IMG/VR virus record: IMGVR_UViG_3300025646_000012
Span: 56,964-120,963 of that record
Length of the DNA: 64,000 bases
Origin: a virus
Strand: one strand, 5' to 3'
The notes below the pieces were generated by a model. The model searched no databases, was not told the origin of the DNA, and was given only the letters and a program-made list of their open reading frames with translations. Shown here piece by piece: positions 10,585 to 19,309 of the stretch (positions within the stretch are counted from its first letter, which is position 1; every line of letters begins with the position of its first letter). Made by a program: the position numbers and the translations under genes.

Positions 10585-11325
10585 ATGTCTGAGAATTATG
10601 ACATTGAATTATTAAAAATACCAAAAAAAATTGATTTTTATAATTATGAGTGTGGCGCAGGTGGTGAATTTTTTCAAAGTATGATTACTCTTTCTTGTCC
10701 TAAAACAAGAAATATTTTATCAAATGATTCTCTTGTTACAAGAAAAATTGGTAATAATGATAATATTTTTTTTTCTAGAAGTGCATATAAACCTCCCATT
10801 AAAATATATTCTCAATTCCCTACAGTCAATTTATTATCGTATCAAAGTATAATAGATTTATATAAATGTCAAATAATTAATAATATGATATTTTTGGAAA
10901 AACCCTGGCCTTTATTTATTAATTATAAACCAAAAATTTATAAAAAATATAAAGATATCCTTTTTATATTTTCAAATCACTGGACAATTGATCCTGAAAA
11001 AATGAAAAAGTTATCTGAATATGAATATTGGAATTTTTTAGATTTAAATCCTGAAACAAAATTTGCAAGAAATTTAATTCGTAAAGTAAATAGAATTATA
11101 GGAATGTTTCCTGATAATATTTTAAACGAACCTCCTATTATTGAAGAGCAATTTGATAGATATCCATTTCTTGAAAATTTTCCATTTTTTGATTGTATTT
11201 TATATAACGATTATAATTCAATAAAATATTTTATTGAAAATAGATATGGATCTAATTTAGATTTTGATTTTATAGATCAATCATTAAAAATGTGGAAAAA
11301 AGTTAGAGTTGATCCTTATCTATAA
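10585..11325 (+). CDS. Hypothetical protein; paralog of 9222-10028
   Basis: IPKKIDFYNYECGAGGEFF ... NRYGSNLDFDFID...VDPYL. Confidence 0.55.
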   Translation: MSENYDIELLKIPKKIDFYNYECGAGGEFFQSMITLSCPKTRNILSNDSLVTRKIGNNDNIFFSRSAYKPPIKIYSQFPTVNLLSYQSIIDLYKCQIINNMIFLEKPWPLFINYKPKIYKKYKDILFIFSNHWTIDPEKMKKLSEYEYWNFLDLNPETKFARNLIRKVNRIIGMFPDNILNEPPIIEEQFDRYPFLENFPFFDCILYNDYNSIKYFIENRYGSNLDFDFIDQSLKMWKKVRVDPYL

Positions 11326-11329
11326 AAAA

Positions 11330-11906
11330 TTTACATTGTAATCTTAACATAATCCATCAAGTTATATAGATGCATAATATAGATTTTAATATATTACATG
11401 AATTACTAATAAATAAAAGACCTAAATTATTAGGAAATATAACTTTGTCAAAAGACAACTCATTTGAAGATATGACAGAGGTAATGGATTTTTTAAATAA
11501 TCTGGATAATTCAAACGATAAAGTTTATAGATCTGAAATTGATATGATTGAGGTCCATTTCTTACAAAAACAAAATAATTGCCCTCAAATAATAAAAAAT
11601 ATTTCAAAAAATTTAAAGAAATTTGAACCTTTTAAAAGTCGTGAGCTGAATGTAGTAGGATTCATAGGATTTGATAATGCAATTGGTTATAATTGGCACT
11701 ACGACGATTATCATTTAGTGGCAATGAATATTATAGGTAATACTACTTGGTATTTTAAAGATGGTAGTACAATTGAAATGAATCCAGGAGATTTAATGTT
11801 CGTCCCAAGTCCGATAGAACATAAGGTGGTAGGTACAACAGAAAGATTTACAATTAGTTTTTGTTGTCTCATCAATAAAAATAGGTTTACATTGTAATCC
11901 TAACAT
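11330..11906 (+). repeat. 21-bp direct repeat (11330-11350 and 11886-11906, 1 mismatch) flanking the cupin gene
   Basis: tttacattgtaatcttaacat vs tttacattgtaatcctaacat. Confidence 0.8.
11370..11897 (+). CDS. JmjC/cupin-like oxygenase
   Basis: WHYDD, MNPGDLMFVPSPIEHKV, RFTISF. Confidence 0.75.
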   Translation: MHNIDFNILHELLINKRPKLLGNITLSKDNSFEDMTEVMDFLNNLDNSNDKVYRSEIDMIEVHFLQKQNNCPQIIKNISKNLKKFEPFKSRELNVVGFIGFDNAIGYNWHYDDYHLVAMNIIGNTTWYFKDGSTIEMNPGDLMFVPSPIEHKVVGTTERFTISFCCLINKNRFTL

Positions 11907-11914
11907 GATATAAT
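11886..11914 (+). promoter_or_regulatory. Sigma70-like promoter for hsp20
   Basis: TTTACA-N17-TATAAT with extended TG. Confidence 0.7.
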
Positions 11915-11924
11915 GGAATTACTA

Positions 11925-11932
11925 TATAAATA
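11925..11932 (+). promoter_or_regulatory. T4-type late promoter for hsp20
   Basis: Intergenic TATAAATA. Confidence 0.65.
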
Positions 11933-11936
11933 ACAA

Positions 11937-11993
11937 CGAGTGCGGATACTCCGGCTCGAAATTTAATCTTGCTTGTAGAAGGAGATAACTATG
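11937..11993 (+). ncRNA. ROSE-like RNA thermometer in the hsp20 5' UTR
   Basis: AUCUU-G-CUU (11966-11974) pairs with AAGGAGAU (11979-11986, the SD) leaving a bulged G; upstream hairpin CGAG..CGGA-UAC-UCCG..CUCG. Confidence 0.7.
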
Positions 11994-12500
11994 ACAGGCG
12001 TTACATCACTATTTCCCCGTTCATCTTTTGTAGGGTTTGATCATCTATTTAATGAGCTCGAACATGTAGCTCGTCATGCTAATGATCACTATCCTCCTCA
12101 CAACATTCTTAAAACTGGTGAGACAGACTATCTGATCGAATTAGCTGTTGCAGGCTTCTCTCGAGAAGAGCTCTCAATAGAAGTTAAGGATCGTACTCTT
12201 ACAATTACGGGTGAACATACTAGCAAAGGTCGCGAATACATTCATCGTGGTATTTCTACAAAGAAGTTCAAACGCACCTTTAGGCTGTCCGAACACGTTC
12301 AAGTACACGGAGCAGATCTCAGAGACGGAATATTGTCAGTTGAATTGAAATATGTAGTCCCTGAAGAACTGAAGCCTCGTAAAATCGAAATCGGTCATTA
12401 CGAGGGATTATCAAATGACACAATTAGTACAGACACTAAACAACTACTCACTGAAACCCCTTGGATCGGCACTGGCGGGTCTTCTAGTACGGTTGGGTAA
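11991..12500 (+). CDS. hsp20: Small heat shock protein Hsp20 (IbpA-like)
   Basis: VGFDHLF, YPPHNI, IELAVAGF, YIHRGIS, DGIL, PRKIEI. Confidence 0.95.
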   Translation: MTGVTSLFPRSSFVGFDHLFNELEHVARHANDHYPPHNILKTGETDYLIELAVAGFSREELSIEVKDRTLTITGEHTSKGREYIHRGISTKKFKRTFRLSEHVQVHGADLRDGILSVELKYVVPEELKPRKIEIGHYEGLSNDTISTDTKQLLTETPWIGTGGSSSTVG

Positions 12501-12672
12501 TTTCTTTGTTATTCTCTTTAATGCTTATGTAGAAGCAAGAGAAAAACAAGCAGCTTATGAATTGGCAAGATATCTAAAACAAAATAGAGATTTTGCTAGT
12601 TACAGTGAGATTGATTTGTTCCATATGATTCTAGAACGTAAACTAGATTCTGAGAACAAAACAAAAGGTTGA
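12415..12672 (+). CDS. Small hypothetical protein with hydrophobic N-half, overlapping the hsp20 3' end
   Basis: ATG preceded by GAGGGA; ends just before a terminator. Confidence 0.55.
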   Translation: MTQLVQTLNNYSLKPLGSALAGLLVRLGNFFVILFNAYVEAREKQAAYELARYLKQNRDFASYSEIDLFHMILERKLDSENKTKG

Positions 12673-12689
12673 TCGCTTAATAGATCCGA

Positions 12690-12720
12690 GAGGGGCCAAC
12701 GGTTAGCCCCTCACTTTATT
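12690..12720 (+). terminator. Rho-independent terminator
   Basis: gaggggc-caacggtta-gcccctc followed by acttt. Confidence 0.6.
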
Positions 12721-12735
12721 AAAGTGAAAGGATAC

Positions 12736-12945
12736 ATTATGCAACTATCTAGATCTAATATGCTTGAAGTTATTCACGATCATGCCATGGCACATATTAA
12801 TAAACATCGCATGAATGTGGAGGTTTATCTTGCTAATCCAGTTGGCGTAGGTGAACACCCAGATATTATGGAAGCTATTGAAAAAGAACTTGAAGAAATG
12901 GCTAAATATCATGATCACATAGAGGTATTGAAAGAATACTTCTAA
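12736..12945 (+). CDS. Conserved small T4-like hypothetical protein
   Basis: NVEVYLANPVGVGEHPDIMEAIEKEL motif. Confidence 0.7.
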   Translation: MMQLSRSNMLEVIHDHAMAHINKHRMNVEVYLANPVGVGEHPDIMEAIEKELEEMAKYHDHIEVLKEYF

Positions 12946-12950
12946 AATAT

Positions 12951-13019
12951 AAACACACAGGAGAGTAAAAATGGCACACGTTCCGTACTACGGAGAAGAT
13001 CTCTCAAACACACAGGAGA
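12951..13019 (+). repeat. 14-bp direct repeat AAACACACAGGAGA (12951-12964, 13006-13019), each containing an SD before an in-frame ATG
   Basis: Exact repeat; inverted repeat TCCGTA-C-TACGGA between the copies. Confidence 0.85.
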
Positions 13020-13246
13020 AAAAAGAAATGGTTTACAACTTTAACCAACTCATTGAACACAACGTAAAGATGATGGATGCTTTTATTGATCTTAAGACTG
13101 AAGGCTGGAAGTCATATTCAAATGCACTCAATCAGTATACATTCAATTTTTTCAGTAAACAACTGAAGAGCATGGATGAATCAGTAGAAAAAATGTCAGT
13201 TGAAATGAAAGGTGCTATGAAGCCTTTCCGTGGAGTATGTAAATAA
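12971..13246 (+). CDS. Helical hypothetical protein (alternative start at 13028)
   Basis: Two in-frame ATGs, each with an AGGAGA RBS. Confidence 0.65.
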   Translation: MAHVPYYGEDLSNTQEKKEMVYNFNQLIEHNVKMMDAFIDLKTEGWKSYSNALNQYTFNFFSKQLKSMDESVEKMSVEMKGAMKPFRGVCK

Positions 13247-13464
13247 TGGCAAAGAATCCTTTTGAAATCCGTGCAGAAATGATTACTCTTGCAAAAGAGT
13301 ATCTTGACCAAGTTACTGCTCTTAATATTGAAGCAGCCACCAAGATGATGGAGCAGGGCAAGCTTCAAGTTGAAGAATACCAGAAAGCCGTCCAGATGTA
13401 TTCGATGGATGACCTAATGGCAAAAGCCAAAGAGATGTACACCTTCGTCTCTACCAAGGAATAA
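13246..13464 (+). CDS. Conserved small phage protein
   Basis: KNPFEIRAEM..AKEY...AKEMYTFVS motif; coupled start (TAATG). Confidence 0.7.
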   Translation: MAKNPFEIRAEMITLAKEYLDQVTALNIEAATKMMEQGKLQVEEYQKAVQMYSMDDLMAKAKEMYTFVSTKE

Positions 13465-13468
13465 AATT

Positions 13469-13491
13469 AGGCGGCTTCGGCCGCCTTTTTT
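13469..13491 (+). terminator. Rho-independent terminator with UUCG tetraloop
   Basis: aggcggc-ttcg-gccgcct-ttttt. Confidence 0.9.
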
Positions 13492-13492
13492 A

Positions 13493-13521
13493 TTTACATT
13501 GACTCGTTTGTATTATATAAT
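13493..13521 (+). promoter_or_regulatory. Sigma70-like promoter for gp43
   Basis: TTTACA-N17-TATAAT. Confidence 0.75.
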
Positions 13522-13558
13522 ATACACGAGATAGGTTTATGTATCATAGGTAGGACAT

Positions 13559-16051
13559 ATGAAATTTTTTACATCTGTAAATCGTTACGGTAGTCAGATT
13601 TTGTATTGCGGATATAATGAAAGTGGATACCGCATTGAAAATAAAGTTCACTTTAAACCAACACTTTTTGTAAAAGCAAATAAACCAACCGAGTGGATTG
13701 CACTTGATAACACACCGGTTGAACCAATCCAATTTGAATCCATGCGTGAAGCAACCGATTTCATTAATCGGTACGAGGAAGTCGAAGGGTTCAAGGTATA
13801 TGGTAATACAAATTTTGTTCAACAATTTATTACAGAGCGCTTTCCCAATGAAATTCCTTGGGACATTAACGATATTAATATTGTCAATTTTGACATTGAG
13901 GTTGCATCAGATGATGGTTTTCCACGACCCGAGGAAGCTTCACAACCTATTATTTCAATTGCATTAAAATCCAGCAAATCATCCATTTATCACGTTTGGG
14001 GTCTCGGTGATTATGACTACACCAAATGTGAAGTTGAAATGTATGGTGATCTAATCCAGTATCATAAATGTGCTACTGAAGAAGAGTTGCTTGCCAGGTT
14101 TCACAAATATTGGTGCGATAATCGTCCTGATATTATTACCGGTTGGAATTGTAGATTTTTTGACGTTCCATATATTGTAAATCGTATTCGTAAAATTGGA
14201 TCGGAGGAAGCGGCCAAAAGACTCTCGCCTTGGAATAGAGTAAATGAAAACAATATTACCGTTCAGAATAAAACAAACTATGGGTATGATATTGTAGGCA
14301 TTCAACAGGCTGATTATCTAGAACTATTCAAAAAGTTTGGTTATTCGTATGGTACTCTTGAATCATATAAGCTCGACCACGTGGCTAATGTGGTGCTAGG
14401 CGACCGTAAGCTCTCGTACGAAGAGGTTGGTAACCTATACACACTGTATCAAACCAACCACCAAAAATTTATTGATTATAACATCAAGGACGTTCAACTT
14501 GTGAATCGTCTAGAGGAAAAGATGGGACTTATCAGCCTTGCTTTGACCATGGCATATAAGGCTGGTGTGAACCTGGAAACCACATTTGGTACAACTGCCA
14601 TTTGGGATTCAATTATTTACCGTGAGTTGAATAAAAAGAAAATTGCACTTCCGCCTAATATACACACATCAAAAAGTGATTACCCAGGTGGTTATGTAAA
14701 AGATCCGCAGGTGGGTAAACACGAGTGGGTTGTATCATTTGACCTTAATTCACTTTATCCAAATCTTATTGTTCAATACAACATGTCGCCTGAAACATTG
14801 GTGGGTCAAACAGAGCCAGATAATGTTGATTATTATCTCATGCTAAATAAAAAGGTTGAAAGTGAATTTGCTGTAGCCGCAAATGGATCTACATATCGTA
14901 AGGATTTCCAAGGTATTCTGCCCTTAATCATTGAATCGTATTATGCCGAGCGGACAACAATTAAAAATGCCATGTTGTCGGCAAAACAAGAGTATGAAAA
15001 AAATAAATCAGTTGAATTAGAACGTAAAATCAATCAACTTGAAAATCGCCAAATGGCAATTAAAATTCTTTTGAACTCTTTGTATGGTGCTCTTGGTAAT
15101 CAGCACTTCCGATACTTTGACATTCGTTTGGCAAAAGGTATTACACTTTCAGGTCAATTGGCAATCCGTTGGGCGGAAAGAGCAATCAATAATGAATTAA
15201 ATAAAATTCTTAAAACAAATGATTTTGATTATGTTATTGCCATTGATACGGATTCGCTATATCTTAATCTAGGTCCGTTAGTTGAAAAACTCAAACCCAA
15301 AAATCCAGTTGCTGCATTGGATAAGATTTGTTCCGAACATCTTGAAAAAGTTCTATTGGATGCCTATGCCGATTTGTTTGAAAAGACAAATGCATATAAA
15401 AACCGGATGGTTATGAAACGTGAATCCATTGCTGACCGTGGTATCTGGACTGCCAAAAAGAGATATATCCTTAATGTTCATAACAATGAGGGTGTGCAAT
15501 ATGCCGAACCTAAACTTAAGATTATGGGCATTGAGGCGATTAAATCATCCACACCACAAATCGTCCGAGACAAATTTAAAGATGCCTTTAAAATTATTGT
15601 AAATGGATCTGAGGCTGAAACACAAAAGTTTATCCTTGAATTTAAAAATGAATTTAAACAATATCCTCCACATATGGTTGCATTTCCCCGTGGTGTATCC
15701 AATGTGAGTGATTGGTTTGACCGAAAGACAATTTACAAAAAAGGCACACCAATTCACGTCCGGGGTAGTCTCCTATATAATAACGAGCTGAAACAAAGAG
15801 GATTGGATAAAAAAATTATGCCAATCCAAAACGGCGAAAAAATCAAATTCTGCTATCTTAAAATGCCCAACCCAATCAAGGAAAATATTATCGCCTTTCC
15901 TGATTATCTACCTGCGGAATTTAAGCTTGAAAAATATGTTGATTATGATACTCAGTTTGAAAAAACATTTATTGAACCACTGAAACTTATTCTGGATGCC
16001 ATCGGATGGGAAGTAGAACCATCGGCAAGCCTTGACTCATTCTTTGTATAG
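13559..16051 (+). CDS. gp43: Family B DNA polymerase gp43
   Basis: FDIEV exonuclease, SFDLNSLYP, KILLNSLYG, IDTDS, C-terminal clamp-binding SLDSFF. Confidence 0.97.
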   Translation: MKFFTSVNRYGSQILYCGYNESGYRIENKVHFKPTLFVKANKPTEWIALDNTPVEPIQFESMREATDFINRYEEVEGFKVYGNTNFVQQFITERFPNEIPWDINDINIVNFDIEVASDDGFPRPEEASQPIISIALKSSKSSIYHVWGLGDYDYTKCEVEMYGDLIQYHKCATEEELLARFHKYWCDNRPDIITGWNCRFFDVPYIVNRIRKIGSEEAAKRLSPWNRVNENNITVQNKTNYGYDIVGIQQADYLELFKKFGYSYGTLESYKLDHVANVVLGDRKLSYEEVGNLYTLYQTNHQKFIDYNIKDVQLVNRLEEKMGLISLALTMAYKAGVNLETTFGTTAIWDSIIYRELNKKKIALPPNIHTSKSDYPGGYVKDPQVGKHEWVVSFDLNSLYPNLIVQYNMSPETLVGQTEPDNVDYYLMLNKKVESEFAVAANGSTYRKDFQGILPLIIESYYAERTTIKNAMLSAKQEYEKNKSVELERKINQLENRQMAIKILLNSLYGALGNQHFRYFDIRLAKGITLSGQLAIRWAERAINNELNKILKTNDFDYVIAIDTDSLYLNLGPLVEKLKPKNPVAALDKICSEHLEKVLLDAYADLFEKTNAYKNRMVMKRESIADRGIWTAKKRYILNVHNNEGVQYAEPKLKIMGIEAIKSSTPQIVRDKFKDAFKIIVNGSEAETQKFILEFKNEFKQYPPHMVAFPRGVSNVSDWFDRKTIYKKGTPIHVRGSLLYNNELKQRGLDKKIMPIQNGEKIKFCYLKMPNPIKENIIAFPDYLPAEFKLEKYVDYDTQFEKTFIEPLKLILDAIGWEVEPSASLDSFFV

Positions 16052-16059
16052 GAGAAACT

Positions 16060-16353
16060 ATGGAACTCGTTGAAAAAATTGCCCAATGGCACCGTGATCG
16101 TAATCTTATTGATGGCAGCACTGATAAGGACCAATATATGAAATTGATCCAAGAGGCAGGTGAACTATCTGATAGCATCTGCAAGGGTAAGGATATCCGT
16201 GACGATATTGGTGATATGATGGTTGTTCTTATTAATATTATGACCCGCAATAACCTATCCATGGAAGAATGTCTACAGGTTGCCTATGATGATATCAAGG
16301 ACCGCAAGGGTAGAATGATTGATGGAATTTTTGTAAAAGAAGCAGATTTGTAG
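16060..16353 (+). CDS. mazG: MazG-like nucleotide pyrophosphohydrolase
   Basis: KLIQEAGEL, DDIGD, AYDDIKDRKG. Confidence 0.85.
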   Translation: MELVEKIAQWHRDRNLIDGSTDKDQYMKLIQEAGELSDSICKGKDIRDDIGDMMVVLINIMTRNNLSMEECLQVAYDDIKDRKGRMIDGIFVKEADL

Positions 16354-16382
16354 TTTACATTTTTGCTAAATAATATTATAAT
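16354..16382 (+). promoter_or_regulatory. Sigma70-like promoter
   Basis: TTTACA-N17-TATAAT. Confidence 0.7.
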
Positions 16383-16406
16383 GGATCTATTCAATGTGAG
16401 GTTACC

Positions 16407-17351
16407 ATGGATACACAACCAAAATATCCAATTTATATCATTTCAAAAGGTCGGGCGGACTCTCGTCTGACCTCAAAAACACTTGAGGAAATCAATGTTC
16501 CATATCGGATTGTTATTGAGGAATCCGAATATGATGCATATGCAGCGGTCATTGATCCTAAGAAAATCCTAACACTTCCACCTGGGTTTAGAGAAAACCC
16601 ATTGTATGCACATCCAGATACCGAAGGACGTGTGGGTGGTTCTATCCCTGCACGAAACTTTGTTTGGGAACACTCAATCAAGGAAGGACATGCACGTCAC
16701 TGGATTATGGATGATAATATGAGATATTTCTATCGTTTGAATAGAAATAAAAAACGTCCAGTGACTACAGGTGCCGTCATTCGTGCCGTTGAGGACTTTA
16801 CTGATCGTTATACCAATGTAAAACAATCTGGTATGAACTATGCATTCTTCTGCCCTTCGGATATTAAACGACCACCATACTATCTAAATACTCGTATCTA
16901 CAGTTGTATTTTAAACTCTAATGATATTTCACATCGTTGGCGTGGTAAGTATAATGAGGATACCGATCTCAGTATTCGTATTCTAAAAGATGACTGGTGT
17001 ACATTCCTTTTCAACTTCGCACTTTGTGGTAAAGCCGCTACACACTCAATGAAAGGTGGTAATACTGAGGAAGTGTATAACGTTGGTAATAAGGATAACT
17101 TTGATAATCGTAGGGAATTTGCCGATTCACTTGCGGCACAACACCCAGATATTGTAAAGGTTACACAAAAGTGGGGACGTTGGCACCACCAGGTTGATTA
17201 TACTAAATTTATTCAAAAGCCCATCAAAAAAGAGGGTCTAAATATCCGTAAAGGTAATAATGAATATGGTATGAAACTTAATAAAATTACCGAGGAACAA
17301 TATTCTAAAATTTTCTTTAATAATGTAAGAGGAAAAAATGGGAGCGAATAA
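16407..17351 (+). CDS. GREB1-like / TET-associated-type glycosyltransferase (candidate DNA glycosyltransferase)
   Basis: YPIYIISKGR, ARNFVW, HWIMDDN, NEDTDLS, KGGNT motifs. Confidence 0.75.
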   Translation: MDTQPKYPIYIISKGRADSRLTSKTLEEINVPYRIVIEESEYDAYAAVIDPKKILTLPPGFRENPLYAHPDTEGRVGGSIPARNFVWEHSIKEGHARHWIMDDNMRYFYRLNRNKKRPVTTGAVIRAVEDFTDRYTNVKQSGMNYAFFCPSDIKRPPYYLNTRIYSCILNSNDISHRWRGKYNEDTDLSIRILKDDWCTFLFNFALCGKAATHSMKGGNTEEVYNVGNKDNFDNRREFADSLAAQHPDIVKVTQKWGRWHHQVDYTKFIQKPIKKEGLNIRKGNNEYGMKLNKITEEQYSKIFFNNVRGKNGSE

Positions 17352-17634
17352 CGTTGATAAAGTATCCCAAAATCTATTTTTGATTTTGGATGATGAAGAT
17401 AATACCACGCCGTATGATTGGGATGATATGCCTGAGTTTGTCCAAGAGGATAAAGAGGCATTTGAAGAGGTTACGGTTCGATTCCGCACTAAAGAGGATC
17501 TTGAGGCTTTTGCCAAATTGGTGGATCAACTTAATATTATACCACCTCGGAAACGTAAGAAATCAATTTGGTATCCAGCCATTGATCGTAATGCAAATAG
17601 TCTACTATTCTGGGTGGATGAAACCGAAGAATAA
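17338..17634 (+). CDS. Small acidic protein associated with the glycosyltransferase
   Basis: WDDMPEFVQED, VRFRTKED, KSIWYP; overlaps the upstream gene. Confidence 0.65.
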   Translation: MGANNVDKVSQNLFLILDDEDNTTPYDWDDMPEFVQEDKEAFEEVTVRFRTKEDLEAFAKLVDQLNIIPPRKRKKSIWYPAIDRNANSLLFWVDETEE

Positions 17635-17654
17635 TTCGGATTGAATTTTATATT

Positions 17655-18587
17655 ATGTATAGTATAACGATCTTTAAAAACATGTATGATAACAAGACGC
17701 ATCGTCGTCTTGATATTGATTCTTGGGATCAATTTACTAATTTTCTGTATAAACTATCACAGAGACCATTGAAAGGTAAAAAGGATGCGGAACTTATTTC
17801 TCCGGCTACTTATCAGATTGGAACCACACGGGCAAACAAAAATGTTATTGCTTGGGCAGGTTGGGCTGCTATTGATGTTGATAATCATGTTTTTCATGGG
17901 GATTTAAAAAATGAACTTTGTTCTAGGTTTGGTGATTGGGATTACATTTGTTATTCAACAGCTAGCAGTAATGAAGTACATCCAAAGTTCCGACTTGTTT
18001 TCCGACTTGAGAGAGATGTTAAGGGATCGGAGATTAAACATTTCTGGTATGCACTTAACACAGCACTTGATTCAATCGGAGATAGACAAACTAAGACCTT
18101 TTCAAGAATGTATTACATCCCTGCGAAATATGCTGATGCTTACAATTTTTTCTTCACTAATACTGGCCGGCCTATTGCTGTCGATGATCTTTTAGATAAG
18201 TATCCCTACGAAGATAAATCTACCAAAAACTTTCTTGATAGATTACCAGACGAATGGCGCAGACAGATTATTGAACATCGTAAATCGGCAATGGAAAATA
18301 CCAGTATCTATTGGAATGGTTATCAGGATTGCCCATTTATAAACAAAAAGATTATTAGAGACTGGAATTCAATTGCTACCATTGATGGCACCGGTCGTTA
18401 TGGTATGCTATATAAGATTATGGTGTCCATTGCAATGAATGCAATTAAAGAGAATTATCCTATTACATCCCAACAAATAGTGACCTTAATTCGGCAATTG
18501 GATATGGATACATCACGTAAATATGAAAACCGAGCCTTGGATGTTGAGGCTGAAAACGCATTGGAGTATGCATATAGAAATGTATAG
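17655..18587 (+). CDS. Primase-like (AEP/PrimPol-type) protein
   Basis: AAIDVD, YSTAS, PKFRLVF, SRMYYIP. Confidence 0.6.
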   Translation: MYSITIFKNMYDNKTHRRLDIDSWDQFTNFLYKLSQRPLKGKKDAELISPATYQIGTTRANKNVIAWAGWAAIDVDNHVFHGDLKNELCSRFGDWDYICYSTASSNEVHPKFRLVFRLERDVKGSEIKHFWYALNTALDSIGDRQTKTFSRMYYIPAKYADAYNFFFTNTGRPIAVDDLLDKYPYEDKSTKNFLDRLPDEWRRQIIEHRKSAMENTSIYWNGYQDCPFINKKIIRDWNSIATIDGTGRYGMLYKIMVSIAMNAIKENYPITSQQIVTLIRQLDMDTSRKYENRALDVEAENALEYAYRNV

Positions 18588-18601
18588 GATTAATATTAAA
18601 A

Positions 18602-19309
18602 ATGAATCGTTATATTTTTGATATAGATGGAACTTTAACACCATCAAGAGGTATCATAGATCCGGATTTTAAAAATTGGATGCTGGATTTTGCTAGTAAA
18701 AATCCAGTTTATTTAGTTACTGGTAGTGATAAAATAAAAACGCTTGAGCAAATTGGTACCTCTCTATATAATTTATGTCAGAAGGTTTATCAATGTTCCG
18801 GTAATGATGTTTGGGAAAAAGATAATAATCTTTATACAAACTCATTCAATATGGAAGAACATCTTTTAAAAGATTTAAAAAGAATTTTAAAGGATAGTAA
18901 ATTTTATAAGAAAACAGGTAATCATATAGAAATACGACCTGGACTTTGCAATTTTAGTATTCTCGGCCGAGGGGCAACACTGGAAGATAGAGCTATGTAC
19001 AAGCAGTGGGACGAGCATAAAAATGAAAGAGAAAAAATTGTATTTACATTAACTAAAATATATGATAAAATATATGATATTAAAGTTGCTGGGGAAACCG
19101 GAATTGATATTGTTATGAAAGGTTTTGATAAATCACAAATTATTCAAGATTTCAGCCCGCATGATAAAGTAATTTTTTTTGGTGATAAAATGAATCCAGA
19201 TGGCAACGATTACACCCTTGCTTTGGAAACTATAAATTCTGGTGGTGATATCCATCATATTAAAAATTGGCAAGAAACTTGGTCTATTCTAAGGAAATAT
19301 GTGCAATGA
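18602..19309 (+). CDS. HAD-IIB hydrolase / phosphomannomutase-like
   Basis: FDIDGTLTPSR, VTGSD, FFGDKMNPDGND. Confidence 0.85.
   Translation: MNRYIFDIDGTLTPSRGIIDPDFKNWMLDFASKNPVYLVTGSDKIKTLEQIGTSLYNLCQKVYQCSGNDVWEKDNNLYTNSFNMEEHLLKDLKRILKDSKFYKKTGNHIEIRPGLCNFSILGRGATLEDRAMYKQWDEHKNEREKIVFTLTKIYDKIYDIKVAGETGIDIVMKGFDKSQIIQDFSPHDKVIFFGDKMNPDGNDYTLALETINSGGDIHHIKNWQETWSILRKYVQ

Noticed and set aside
12971-13246. Phasin-like assignment for this helical protein (and DUF1127-like for 12415-12672)
   Set aside because: Only compositional resemblance; no diagnostic motif, so left as hypothetical
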